From assembly GCA_037441475.1 (NCBI GenBank), contig JBBISB010000001.1:71272-135271 (forward strand): a stretch of DNA of 64,000 bases, written 5' to 3'. Numbering within the stretch: the first letter of the stretch is position 1; every line of letters starts with the position of its first letter. The DNA is from Candidatus Iainarchaeum sp. (GTDB lineage Archaea; Iainarchaeota; Iainarchaeia; Iainarchaeales; CSSED10-239). The notes beneath the pieces were generated by a model. It worked only from the letters and a program-made list of their open reading frames with translations, did not search any database and was not told the DNA's origin. Both the position numbers and the translations under genes were made by a program. Shown in pieces: positions 29,616-39,093 of the stretch.

Positions 29616-30568
29616 ATTTTTTTCTTTTTTAAAGTTGTTATTGCTCTTGCCTGTGTAATGTATATTTTGTTATTTTTTAAAGCCCATTCAATATCTACAG
29701 GGAAAGAGTAATGATTTTCTATTTTTAAAACTATTCTAGAGAGAAGTAGTATTTGCTTATCAGATAACTTCTGAAGAGAGGCCTTGCTTTTAGGTATTTC
29801 TTTCCATTTTAGAGATTTTTTCAAACATCTAAAAAGGGCTTTTTTTTGAGAAGAGATGTTTTTGTCCAAGATATGTAGTGCCTTCTTAGATACAACATAA
29901 CTATCAGGAGTAATTTTTCCAGAAACAATTGTCTCCCCTAAACCATACCCCGCCTCAATAATTATTTTATTATAGTCCTCTTCAACTGGATGCACAGAGA
30001 ATGCAATACCTGAAACTTCTGCATCAATCATTTTTTGTATCACAACAGCAACAGATATTTTTTTATTTTCTAATCTTTGATTAAACCTATAAAATATAGC
30101 TCTAGGACTATAAAGAGAATAAAAGCATTTTTTAATATTTTCTAAAAGTTTCTTTTCAGTTGTATAAAGGTAAGTATCAAGTTGACCTGCCCAAGTAGAA
30201 GATAATGAGTCTTCTGCTGTAGCTGAGGAGCGTACAGCCACATATTTAGAATCTAATTTTTTAAAATAATAAAGTATTTCTTTTGAAAGTTTTTCTGAAA
30301 TTTTTCCTCTTAAAATCAATGATTGGATTTTTTTAGAGGTAAGTTCAATATTTTTTAAATCACTAATATTTATTTTATTTAAAAGATGATCTATCTTCTT
30401 AGAAAGATTATTTTCTTGTAAAAAACTTTCAAAACAAGAAGAAAGTATAACAAAACCATTTGGAACAGGCACCTTAGAAGAATACATTTCCCCTAGAGAA
30501 GCACCTTTTCCTCCAGCTAATTTGAGATCTTCTTTTTTAATATCTCTAAAGAATTTAATGTTTTTCAT
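29612..30568 (-). CDS. Stand-alone PEP-utilising-enzyme N-terminal ATP-grasp (PPDK_N) domain protein
   Basis: Motifs LAGGKGASLGEM, VAVRSSATAEDS, VAVVIQKM and EWA...IYITQARAIT are present. At 318 aa it has no swivel-His or PEP-binding domain. Confidence 0.8.
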   Translation of the reverse strand: MKNIKFFRDIKKEDLKLAGGKGASLGEMYSSKVPVPNGFVILSSCFESFLQENNLSKKIDHLLNKINISDLKNIELTSKKIQSLILRGKISEKLSKEILYYFKKLDSKYVAVRSSATAEDSLSSTWAGQLDTYLYTTEKKLLENIKKCFYSLYSPRAIFYRFNQRLENKKISVAVVIQKMIDAEVSGIAFSVHPVEEDYNKIIIEAGYGLGETIVSGKITPDSYVVSKKALHILDKNISSQKKALFRCLKKSLKWKEIPKSKASLQKLSDKQILLLSRIVLKIENHYSFPVDIEWALKNNKIYITQARAITTLKKKKI

Positions 30569-31128
30569 TTATTACCATTTATCTCTTTTTCAATTTTATC
30601 TAAATATTTTAAAAAGGTTTTTGATTTATCATAGTCATCTGTAAATATGAAATTTTTAGAAAGTATTGACATTGTAACCTTCTCATTTTCTAATATCTTT
30701 TGAAGAGAAAGATTTCTTTTACTAAGCTCAAGTAAGATTTTTTCAGTAACCTTAAATTTATTTGCAATTAATAAAGGTCCGATATACAAGGTTCCAGGGG
30801 CATACATAAACTTAATATTATGTGGATATTTTTCTAATACTCTATTTAAAAAAACCGTTGATCTTGGAAATTCTTTATTGAGTTCTTTAAAAAATTTATA
30901 TCTAGCAAATCTAGAAATATATGTTAATGGTTGCTTTGAAGATTTTAGTTTGCCTAAAAAACGAACAAAATCTTTCATTGCAGAGGAGTTCTTCCACTCA
31001 ACTTTTCTTTCTGTAACTTGTTTAAAATTGTCTAGAATAGGTTTACTAGCCCTATTATTTTTACTAGACCACTCAACTTCTCTTTGAGAAATCTGTTTAA
31101 ATTTTAATGGTTTTTTATTTATAGCCAT
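30565..31128 (-). CDS. Hypothetical protein (first gene of the 3-gene cassette)
   Basis: 187-aa ORF with no motif. Its stop overlaps the next start (ATGA). Confidence 0.45.
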   Translation of the reverse strand: MAINKKPLKFKQISQREVEWSSKNNRASKPILDNFKQVTERKVEWKNSSAMKDFVRFLGKLKSSKQPLTYISRFARYKFFKELNKEFPRSTVFLNRVLEKYPHNIKFMYAPGTLYIGPLLIANKFKVTEKILLELSKRNLSLQKILENEKVTMSILSKNFIFTDDYDKSKTFLKYLDKIEKEINGNK

Positions 31129-31290
31129 AAATATACACTTTTAATAGTATATATCTAAGGGTAAAAATAGTTTAAAAAGATATTTATTCTCACATTTGTA
31201 AAAAAAATAAAAAAAATATCAAGCTTTTTAAAAAAAACTTGATTATTGTAAAAAGACAAAATTTTAAAAAAAATTAAATTTGTTCAAAAC

Positions 31291-31324
31291 TTTTGGGGGT
31301 GAAGCCACTTTTCTAAAGGGGCTC
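31291..31324 (-). repeat. GC-rich 3'-UTR motif, copy 1 (GAGCCCCTTTAGAAAAGTGGCTTCACCCCCAAAA in transcript sense)
   Basis: It begins 8 nt after the S7 stop. Its first 23 nt are identical to 42064-42086 on the opposite strand. Confidence 0.85.
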
Positions 31325-31332
31325 AAACCGGC

Positions 31333-31944
31333 TTATCTTGAACCTTGTGCAATTCTTTCAATTTCATCTTTTCTTTTAACAGCATAACTTTTTTGATCAT
31401 TCTTAGATGCTGCTATAATCTCTTCAGCAAGAGCAGAAGACATATCTTTCTTTGCTTTATAAGTTGCCTTAAAAGGTGCTAAAGCAATATTCTTTAAAGC
31501 TTCATCAAGTCTTAAAACAGGAGCTATGTCAACAGCTTGGTTGTAATTCATACCCCCTCTTTGAAGCTTAATAATATCTTCTCTAGGTGCAGAATTTTCA
31601 AGAGCATCAACAAAGACTTGAACAGGATTTAATTTAGTTGATTTAAAAACTTGATCAAATGCTTCATCAACAACTTTAATCATGTGGTCCTTTTTTCCAC
31701 AACCATTTCTTCCTCTAATATATTTTCCAGAAAGTTTCTTTTTACCTTGTCCAGATCTCATCATCTTGTTTGCAAGTCTTTCAACAACATTTACCTTAGC
31801 TTTATCTGAAGGAGTACTTTTAGCAACACCAAAAGTATGTGGTACTTCCTTTTCCTTAAAACTAATGTATCTAGCTATACCTAAGTCTTTACAAACAATA
31901 TCGTTTGTAGTCCATTTTCCTAAAATCATCATATTTAACACCAA
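31333..31944 (-). CDS. rps7: 30S ribosomal protein S7 (uS7)
   Basis: The archaeal S7 pattern is present (GKW..D..V.D.G...YI...VPHT.G) and the gene follows S12. Confidence 0.93.
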   Translation of the reverse strand: MVLNMMILGKWTTNDIVCKDLGIARYISFKEKEVPHTFGVAKSTPSDKAKVNVVERLANKMMRSGQGKKKLSGKYIRGRNGCGKKDHMIKVVDEAFDQVFKSTKLNPVQVFVDALENSAPREDIIKLQRGGMNYNQAVDIAPVLRLDEALKNIALAPFKATYKAKKDMSSALAEEIIAASKNDQKSYAVKRKDEIERIAQGSR

Positions 31945-31957
31945 TTTTTTAATTTAC

Positions 31958-32383
31958 CTATTTTTTAGATTTCTCTTTTCTTCCTGTTCTAAGCATTTCA
32001 ATGGATTGGCCATTAACTTTAACAACCTTATATTTAACGCCCCAAAGATCTCCAACAGGTCCACCTTTACGTCCACCAATTCCTTCAACAGTTACTTGGT
32101 CGTGGATTTCAATAAATTTAATAGCTTTGTCCTTAGGAGCTAAAGCAGTTAATTCTTTACCGTTCTTTATAAGTTTAACTCTTACACATTTTCTAATACC
32201 TGAGTTTGGCTGTCTTGCTGTAATACCTTTCTTTTCAAGTACTATACCTTTTGCTTGTGGAGCTCCTCTTAAAAGACCTTTTTTAGCTTTAACTTTTATA
32301 CTTCTTTTTTGTCTAGGATCTTTTTTTTCCCATTTCTTTCTATCTTTGATATTTTTTTTTGCTGCAAATTCGCCGTTTGCCAT
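31958..32383 (-). CDS. rps12: 30S ribosomal protein S12 (uS12)
   Basis: ATG at 32383 with SD AAGGTGA upstream. [17 protein letters not shown] is present. The track ORF extends further upstream only because no stop precedes the S12 start. Confidence 0.95.
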   Translation of the reverse strand: MANGEFAAKKNIKDRKKWEKKDPRQKRSIKVKAKKGLLRGAPQAKGIVLEKKGITARQPNSGIRKCVRVKLIKNGKELTALAPKDKAIKFIEIHDQVTVEGIGGRKGGPVGDLWGVKYKVVKVNGQSIEMLRTGRKEKSKK

Positions 32384-32829
32384 ATAATTCACCTTATCTT
32401 TTAAAATTTTATTTTTTTTAATTTTTTCATTAATTTTTTCTCTATATCTCTTAGCAACAATTGATATAGGTTCGCCGCTTGTTTTTGCTTCCTGGTATAT
32501 TTTTTCAAAAAGCATTTCTGCTTTCTTAACATCAACTACATATATTCCAAAACTTCTTAAAGTAGAAATTATAAGAGTTTCTTTTGTAACAGAAAATTTT
32601 TTAGGTCTTCCAGATGCTGGTTTAACTTTTTTTTTGTTGTTTTAAAACCACTAATCGAAGAAGCTTTTTTTACCATTTTTTTTCTCTCTCTTAAAATGTC
32701 CTGTAACTTTTTTATTTCAGCATCCTTAGCTTCTTTAGTTACATTTCTTATTTATTTTTTAACAGATTTACTTTCATTAGACTTAATTACAGCTAATTTT
32801 CTTTGATTTCTTGTAGGCAAGAGTTTCAC
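32384..32829 (-). pseudogene. Lys-rich ORF in the position normally held by NusA; in-frame TAA, frameshift and no stop of its own
   Basis: A GTG/TTG start lies directly after the L30e stop. There is a TAA at 32752-32754 and a frame change at the T9 run 32627-32635. The last frame runs into S12 without a stop. No KH (GxxG) motif is present. Confidence 0.4.
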
Positions 32830-33324
32830 CTATTTTTTCTTAATCTTTAAAATACCTTTTAAAGCTGCATCTTCTTTGATAGACTTTTCATCATCTTCTT
32901 CTTTTTTAATTTCTTTTAACTTTTTAGCTTTTGTTTTTTCAACTTTCTTTTCTTCTTTAACAACTTTCTTTTCAGCCTTAATCTTAGATTTAGTCATCTT
33001 AGTTTCAACAACTTCTTTTAAGTTAATAACGTCAACTATAGAAGATTGTCCTAAATCCTTAATAACTAAAGAAGAAATATTAAAAGGTTTACCACAAACC
33101 GAACCTAGTTCAAAACCATTTTCAGGATACTGTACAACTGTAACATTTAAAAGTTTTGCAAAATGTTCAATTTCTTTTTTAGTAATATTCTTTATTGCTT
33201 TTGATAAAACAATTATCTTTGGATCTCCAACAAGACACTCTCTTAAAGTCTCTTTTGTACCGTAAACTACTTTTCCAGAGTCAACTGCTGCTCTTAATTG
33301 TGTATTAAATCTATTCCAATCCAT
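32830..33324 (-). CDS. rpl30e: 50S ribosomal protein L30e with a K/E-rich C-terminal extension
   Basis: It has an L30e/L7Ae-fold core (GKVVYGTKETLREC..KIIVLSK) and the canonical position after rpoA''. The last ~65 aa are Lys/Glu low-complexity. Confidence 0.8.
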   Translation of the reverse strand: MDWNRFNTQLRAAVDSGKVVYGTKETLRECLVGDPKIIVLSKAIKNITKKEIEHFAKLLNVTVVQYPENGFELGSVCGKPFNISSLVIKDLGQSSIVDVINLKEVVETKMTKSKIKAEKKVVKEEKKVEKTKAKKLKEIKKEEDDEKSIKEDAALKGILKIKKK

Positions 33325-33414
33325 ATTAAATCACTCGTTATTTTTCTCATAAAAATTCCATATATAATATATATCTATGTTTCACAACATTTAAAAAAGG
33401 AATCTTTACAAAAT

Positions 33415-34578
33415 TTATTTTTCTTCTATTTCCTCTTGTTTTTTAATCATTTTTTTTAAATTCTTAGGATCAAGTGTAAGCTTTACTCTACCTGTTCCTG
33501 CAAGTATTGGTTGCCCAACAATTAAGTTTTCAATAATACCTTTGAAGTTTTCTCTTTCTCCATCAAATGCAGCAGATAACATATGCTTTACAGTTTCTTC
33601 AAATGCAGCTCTTGCAAATGGACTTGATTTTTCTCCAGTAATACCTGTTCTAACAATACCTTTAACTCTACCATTAAAGCACATTAAATCTGCTAAAATA
33701 GCAATATGTCTTTTGTTAATATCAATACCATTACTTTCAAAAGTAAATAAAAGTTCTCTTATAATTGATTCTCTTGCAGCCTCAATTCCAAATACTTTAT
33801 TAACTTCCAAAATATCATTAGTATAACTTCTTAAAGTATCAATCTCTTCCATTTTTAAAACTTCAGAAATATTTGACCCCTTAGTAATTATTATTTTTTC
33901 TCCATTCTCTTCAGAAACAACAGTTAACTCAATATTCTTAATTCCAAATAAAGGAATCTTATTCCATTTAAGTAATGCTTTTCTAATATTGAAAAGAGGG
34001 GTTGTCTTATCAAAAGTAAAATTTATACCGTTCTTATTAGGGGTAAATCTTTTTGAAACATAAGTATCAATTATCTTATCGTATATCAAAGTCATAGTTT
34101 CTTCCTTATCTAAATCAAGTTCAGTTATCTTATCATGATTTAAAATAAAGGAAACAGATCTATTTTCAAAGTCTTCTTGGAAATCCCCAATAGTTGAAAC
34201 TTTAATATCAATTAAGCTTTTTGCAAATTTATTTAATTTTTTTTCATTAGGAAAAACATCTTTCTTTAAATAAATTTTCATAGAAGGATATTTTGATGAA
34301 AGTCTACCATCAACAATTTCAATAACCCTCTGTATTCCTTGACCAACAGAAACTTCTAAAGAACCAGCATAGTGCTTTGTTCTTAAAGTAAGCTGTGTAC
34401 CAGGCTCTCCAATTGATTGAGCTGCAATTAAACCCATAGCATCTCCTGGAGTTACTAAAGCATTGTTATATTTATTAGTAACATGCTCAACTAGCTTTTT
34501 AAATTTTCCATCACTAAAGTTTTTTCTCTTAGAATAGGATTCTATTCTTTCTAAAACATTTTTTGGTAAGTCCTTCAT
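33415..34578 (-). CDS. rpoA2: DNA-directed RNA polymerase subunit A''
   Basis: 387 aa. GEPGTQLTLRTKHYAG and the C-terminal GERENFKGIIENLIVGQ are present. It follows A'. Confidence 0.95.
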   Translation of the reverse strand: MKDLPKNVLERIESYSKRKNFSDGKFKKLVEHVTNKYNNALVTPGDAMGLIAAQSIGEPGTQLTLRTKHYAGSLEVSVGQGIQRVIEIVDGRLSSKYPSMKIYLKKDVFPNEKKLNKFAKSLIDIKVSTIGDFQEDFENRSVSFILNHDKITELDLDKEETMTLIYDKIIDTYVSKRFTPNKNGINFTFDKTTPLFNIRKALLKWNKIPLFGIKNIELTVVSEENGEKIIITKGSNISEVLKMEEIDTLRSYTNDILEVNKVFGIEAARESIIRELLFTFESNGIDINKRHIAILADLMCFNGRVKGIVRTGITGEKSSPFARAAFEETVKHMLSAAFDGERENFKGIIENLIVGQPILAGTGRVKLTLDPKNLKKMIKKQEEIEEK

Positions 34579-34645
34579 ATAATTTCACTTCTTTTTAAAT
34601 TTATTTTTTTAAAATATTTAAAGGTATTAAAAACCCTCTCATAAA

Positions 34646-37234
34646 CTATTCGTGGAAGAAATTAATATTCTTTCCAAGATATGCTTTTTCAGGAGAAAGT
34701 CCATCATCACCATAAACATACTGCACAACTAAACCATCTGCTGTTCTAACAGATAAGTCATCTTGAACAACAAGATCTTTTAAAGCATTTGAAAGTCTTC
34801 TATAAAGATATCCAGATACTTTTGTGGAAACACCAGTGTCGATTTCACCTTGTCTACCACCAATTGAGTGTACAAAATATTCTTTAGGTGTCATACCATT
34901 ATAGAAATTACTTTTAACAAAACCATAGTCCATTAAGGCATTTGAACCTAAAACATTAGAACTTAATAATCTGTTTTTAAAACCATTCTTAGCTCTTCCT
35001 GTTCTAACAGTTACTTGACCCCATAGACCAATAATGTTAACAACATTTAAGATTTTTCCTCTTGAACCACCAACACTTGCAAGCATTGTGGTGTTGTTGT
35101 TTGACATTTTTCTATCATCATACATATCATTAAACTTAGATAATAATATTTGATCAGAAACATACTCTTTTACCTTTGAGGCAGCAGACATCATTTCAAT
35201 CTCAAATGTTTCATCTAAATTTTTACCAGAAACAAGTGGTAATGTTTTATTTTCATATTTCTTAACAATAGCATTTGTACTTGTAATAAGTTCCTTAAAC
35301 TTAACATCCATGTCTTTTTTAAGAAGATCAGGAGTCTTATACTCATCAAGAGCAATTGTTAAACCTTTCTTTGTAAGAGTGTAAAAAACTAATTTTGAAA
35401 GTTTATAATAGAAATCAGATATATAACCTTCAGGGTAATGTCTTACTAAAACATCAATTAAGTTTTTAGAAGAGGAAGCTCTTTCATCAAAAACACCAGA
35501 AACTAACTTTCCTTTTTCAACCTTAAAGTAACAATCGTATTTTTCAATATCTTTCTTAGTTACCTTACCTTTTACCTTCTTAATAATAGTGTACATTTTA
35601 TTTTCATACTCAATATTAAGATCCTTTGGTAAGATTTGACTAAAGATTAATTTTCCAGAATAAAGACCTCTTCCTCTGTCAGCTGCTGGAAGTTCAGTTA
35701 TTCCTATAGAGTAAAGCATTTCCATTGCTTCTTTTTTAGTAAACTCAGTATCTTGTTTTGTAAGTAAAAAACCACCTGAGATTAAGTCTTCAGAAGGTGT
35801 TATTACTGGCTTACCATGTCTAATACTTAAAATATGTTTATTAACCATTAAAAGATTTTTAATCTCTGCTATAGAAGATTCACTTTGTGGGGCATGTATT
35901 TGCATTTCATCACCATCAAAGTCAGCATTATAAGGAGCACATGCAATTGGGTTTAACCTAAAGGTCTTTCCTGATAATATCTTTGCTTTATGTCCCATAA
36001 TTGAAGTTCTGTGAAGGGTTGGTTGTCTGTTAAAGATAACAAGATCTCCATCAACCATTTTTCTTTTAGCAATTGTGCCTTCTTCTAAACCATCAATAAT
36101 CTCTTGTCTATTACTTTCTGTAATCATTCTTTTTCTATGGTTTTTAGCTATTAAGTATTTAATCTTATCTTGCATTATATATTCTTTAATCTTTGCAATA
36201 TTCCAGGAAGTAACTCTTTCAGAAACTGTTAAGGTGTCTGCAACTTCTTGAGGAATACCAAGTTCATCAATAGCAATATCTGTTGAAGGAGAGATTGTAG
36301 ATCTTGAGGCAGAGTTTACTCTTTTTCCAATTAAGTTATATCTAAATCTTCCTTTCTTACCTTTAAGTCTTTGAGCTAAAGTATTTAAGGCTCTTCCAGA
36401 TCTATGCTTTGCAGGAGGAACACCTGCTGTGTTATTATCAAAGTATGTAGTAACATTGTACTGTAAAAGATCCCAAAGGTCTTCAATAATTATTTGTGGG
36501 GCACCAGCATTCATGTTTTCATGAAGTCTTGTGTTTATTCTTACAATGTTTAAAAGCATGTGTGTTAAATCGTTTTCAGCAGTTACAACATTTTCAAGAG
36601 AAAGTGAAGGTCTCATTGATACTGGAGGAACAGGTAAGACATTTAAAATAAACCATTGAGGTCTTAATTTCTCAGAGTATCCAAATAAAAATAAATCTTG
36701 ATCCTCTATCTTTAAGATCCAATCTAGGATATCAGAAGGGTATAACCTTTCTCCGTTTACAAAGAAGTTAGTTGGTTTATCTAAAGATACTTTTGAAATT
36801 TCTGTTTTACAATGAGGACATTTTTTAAGATTTTTAGAAGCATCAACAATGAACTTTGCAACTTTGTCAGGATCATCAGTGTATCTCATAAGCTCTGTTC
36901 TATGTTCATTCTCTAAAAGAAGTTTTCCACATTCCTTACATGTACATTGCAGGATAGGGAATATCTTTTCAGTAAACTTAGGGTGCATTACTGGTCTTGT
37001 AAGTTCAATATGTCCAAAATGACCAGGGCAGTCTTTCATACCATGTCCACAGGTCTTACATCTTAAACCAGGAGAAATAACTCCTAAGTGAAGATCCATA
37101 ACCCCTCTCTCTATTGGATATCCATCTTTATCATAAGTGTCTGCTCTTGAAACTTCAACACCAGACATCTTCCTAATAAACTCAGGACTTAAAACATTAA
37201 ACTCAATTGATTTTATTTTCTTAACACCGCTCAT
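34646..37234 (-). CDS. rpoA1: DNA-directed RNA polymerase subunit A'
   Basis: 862 aa with the zinc motifs CKTCGHGMKDCPGHFGHIEL and the catalytic motif YNADFDGDEMQIH. Confidence 0.97.
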   Translation of the reverse strand: MSGVKKIKSIEFNVLSPEFIRKMSGVEVSRADTYDKDGYPIERGVMDLHLGVISPGLRCKTCGHGMKDCPGHFGHIELTRPVMHPKFTEKIFPILQCTCKECGKLLLENEHRTELMRYTDDPDKVAKFIVDASKNLKKCPHCKTEISKVSLDKPTNFFVNGERLYPSDILDWILKIEDQDLFLFGYSEKLRPQWFILNVLPVPPVSMRPSLSLENVVTAENDLTHMLLNIVRINTRLHENMNAGAPQIIIEDLWDLLQYNVTTYFDNNTAGVPPAKHRSGRALNTLAQRLKGKKGRFRYNLIGKRVNSASRSTISPSTDIAIDELGIPQEVADTLTVSERVTSWNIAKIKEYIMQDKIKYLIAKNHRKRMITESNRQEIIDGLEEGTIAKRKMVDGDLVIFNRQPTLHRTSIMGHKAKILSGKTFRLNPIACAPYNADFDGDEMQIHAPQSESSIAEIKNLLMVNKHILSIRHGKPVITPSEDLISGGFLLTKQDTEFTKKEAMEMLYSIGITELPAADRGRGLYSGKLIFSQILPKDLNIEYENKMYTIIKKVKGKVTKKDIEKYDCYFKVEKGKLVSGVFDERASSSKNLIDVLVRHYPEGYISDFYYKLSKLVFYTLTKKGLTIALDEYKTPDLLKKDMDVKFKELITSTNAIVKKYENKTLPLVSGKNLDETFEIEMMSAASKVKEYVSDQILLSKFNDMYDDRKMSNNNTTMLASVGGSRGKILNVVNIIGLWGQVTVRTGRAKNGFKNRLLSSNVLGSNALMDYGFVKSNFYNGMTPKEYFVHSIGGRQGEIDTGVSTKVSGYLYRRLSNALKDLVVQDDLSVRTADGLVVQYVYGDDGLSPEKAYLGKNINFFHE

Positions 37235-37272
37235 AATTAATCATTCTTCTTTATATTTTTTTACAAAAAAAA

Positions 37273-39087
37273 TTAAATCTTGTCTCCAATCTCAAGTTTA
37301 GGGTAAACACCTAATGCCTTAAGTTCGTCTAATAAAAGTTTGAAACCATAACTTATCTTTATTTTTTCAATATTTCCATTAGTACAGGTTGGACAATACT
37401 TTCTATTTCTTATCTTGTCATCAATTGCAATCATTCCACAATCAGAACAAACATGCACTTCAAGTTCATCTGCTGAGTCTATTAATTTTTCATGTAAAAG
37501 CATAGCTGCACCATGACCTATTAAAGCATCTCCTTCCATCTCACCAAACCTTAGTCCACCACCTTTTTCTTTACCTTCAGTTGGTTGTCTTGTTAAAAGT
37601 TGGATAGATCCTGTGTCTCTTGATTGTATCTTATTTGTAACAACGTGGTATAGTCTTTTGAAAGAAACTGGGCCTACAAAAATAGGCATTTCAATTTTTT
37701 CACCAGTAGCTCCATCATAAAATGTTTCTTTTCCATCTTCTCTAAAGCCATGTGCTTTTAATTCTTTTAAAAGATCTTCTTTGTCAATATAGAATGGAGT
37801 TGCATCAATAATTTCTCCTTTCAAAGAAGAAACTTTTCCACCAATAGTCTCTAAAAGATGACCAACAGTCATTCTTGAAGGAATAGAGTGTGGGTTTAAT
37901 AAAAAGTCAGGCTTCATACCAGTTGAGGTAAAAGGCATATCCTCTTCATTTATAACAGCCCCAATAACACCCTTCTGTCCGTGGTTTGAACAGAACTTGT
38001 CCCCTGTTTGTGGTATAAGTTCGCTTCTTACCTTAACCTTACATATCTTAACTCCACCAACAGTTTGGGTAACCATAACCTTGTCAACAAAACCTTTTAA
38101 GTGTTTTCTTGCAGTTACAGAGGATTCTCTTCTCTCTTCTGAAACAACACCATACTCTGATATTTCTTCAACAAACCTAGGAGGGGAAGACATACCAATA
38201 ATTACTCCACCCTCTTCTACAAAGGACTCAACGTTTGCAATTCCGTCTGCACCTAAATTATTGTAAACCTCATCTCCCCTATATCCAACAATTGTTTCGT
38301 CAGGAACAATAAATTCATCTGATTGTCCAGAAGGATATCTGTTTTCTTGAGCTGAGTAGGTTCTATAGTATGAGGATCTTCCAATACCTCTTTCAATAGC
38401 ACCCTTATTAATTATAATAGCATCTGTCATATTAAAACCTTTAAAAGGCATAATAGCAACAACTGCGTTTTGTGACATTGGTCTTTTATGAGCATTTATA
38501 AGTTGCTCTGTTCTTGTTGTTAAAAGTGTTCTTTGTGGGTAGTAAAGAACATGCATTTCAGTATCAAATCTATTTCTGTAATTAACAGCAGGAACACCAA
38601 CACCTTGTTTGAAAACCTTTGCACCATGTATAGCTTTACCAGCCATGTTGTGGTTTATGAAAGGTATCATTGATGAAATAACACTAAAAATAGCTGTTCC
38701 TGAAATCTCTAAGTGAGTGTGATCAGGAGTTAATTCTTTTTCATCTAAAGCAACTAAGGCATTCTCTTCTTCTTCAGCGTCCAAGTATTCAATAATACCT
38801 TGCTTTATTAAATCATCCCAGGAAATCTTTTCTTCCTTAACTTCTTTTAAAAGATCATTTGAAAGTTTTGATTTTCCATTCTCAACAATGATTAAAGGTC
38901 TTTGTACTCTTCCACTATCTGTGCTGATATAGATCTCATTAGTCTCTTGGTTGTGAGCAATATTTACTTGATCATCAACTTCACCTTTTCTTCTCTTTTT
39001 TAAAAGATCATTTTTTAGTTTTGATGGATTGTTATGGAACCCAACTAAACTTCCGTTTATATATATTTTACTTTTATTAATAGGCAT
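37273..39087 (-). CDS. rpoB1: DNA-directed RNA polymerase subunit B' (C-terminal part of B)
   Basis: 604 aa with GDKFCSNHGQKGV, RFGEMEGDAL and the C-terminal zinc ribbon CSDCG...CPTC. Confidence 0.97.
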   Translation of the reverse strand: MPINKSKIYINGSLVGFHNNPSKLKNDLLKKRRKGEVDDQVNIAHNQETNEIYISTDSGRVQRPLIIVENGKSKLSNDLLKEVKEEKISWDDLIKQGIIEYLDAEEEENALVALDEKELTPDHTHLEISGTAIFSVISSMIPFINHNMAGKAIHGAKVFKQGVGVPAVNYRNRFDTEMHVLYYPQRTLLTTRTEQLINAHKRPMSQNAVVAIMPFKGFNMTDAIIINKGAIERGIGRSSYYRTYSAQENRYPSGQSDEFIVPDETIVGYRGDEVYNNLGADGIANVESFVEEGGVIIGMSSPPRFVEEISEYGVVSEERRESSVTARKHLKGFVDKVMVTQTVGGVKICKVKVRSELIPQTGDKFCSNHGQKGVIGAVINEEDMPFTSTGMKPDFLLNPHSIPSRMTVGHLLETIGGKVSSLKGEIIDATPFYIDKEDLLKELKAHGFREDGKETFYDGATGEKIEMPIFVGPVSFKRLYHVVTNKIQSRDTGSIQLLTRQPTEGKEKGGGLRFGEMEGDALIGHGAAMLLHEKLIDSADELEVHVCSDCGMIAIDDKIRNRKYCPTCTNGNIEKIKISYGFKLLLDELKALGVYPKLEIGDKI

Positions 39088-39093
39088 AAGTCT

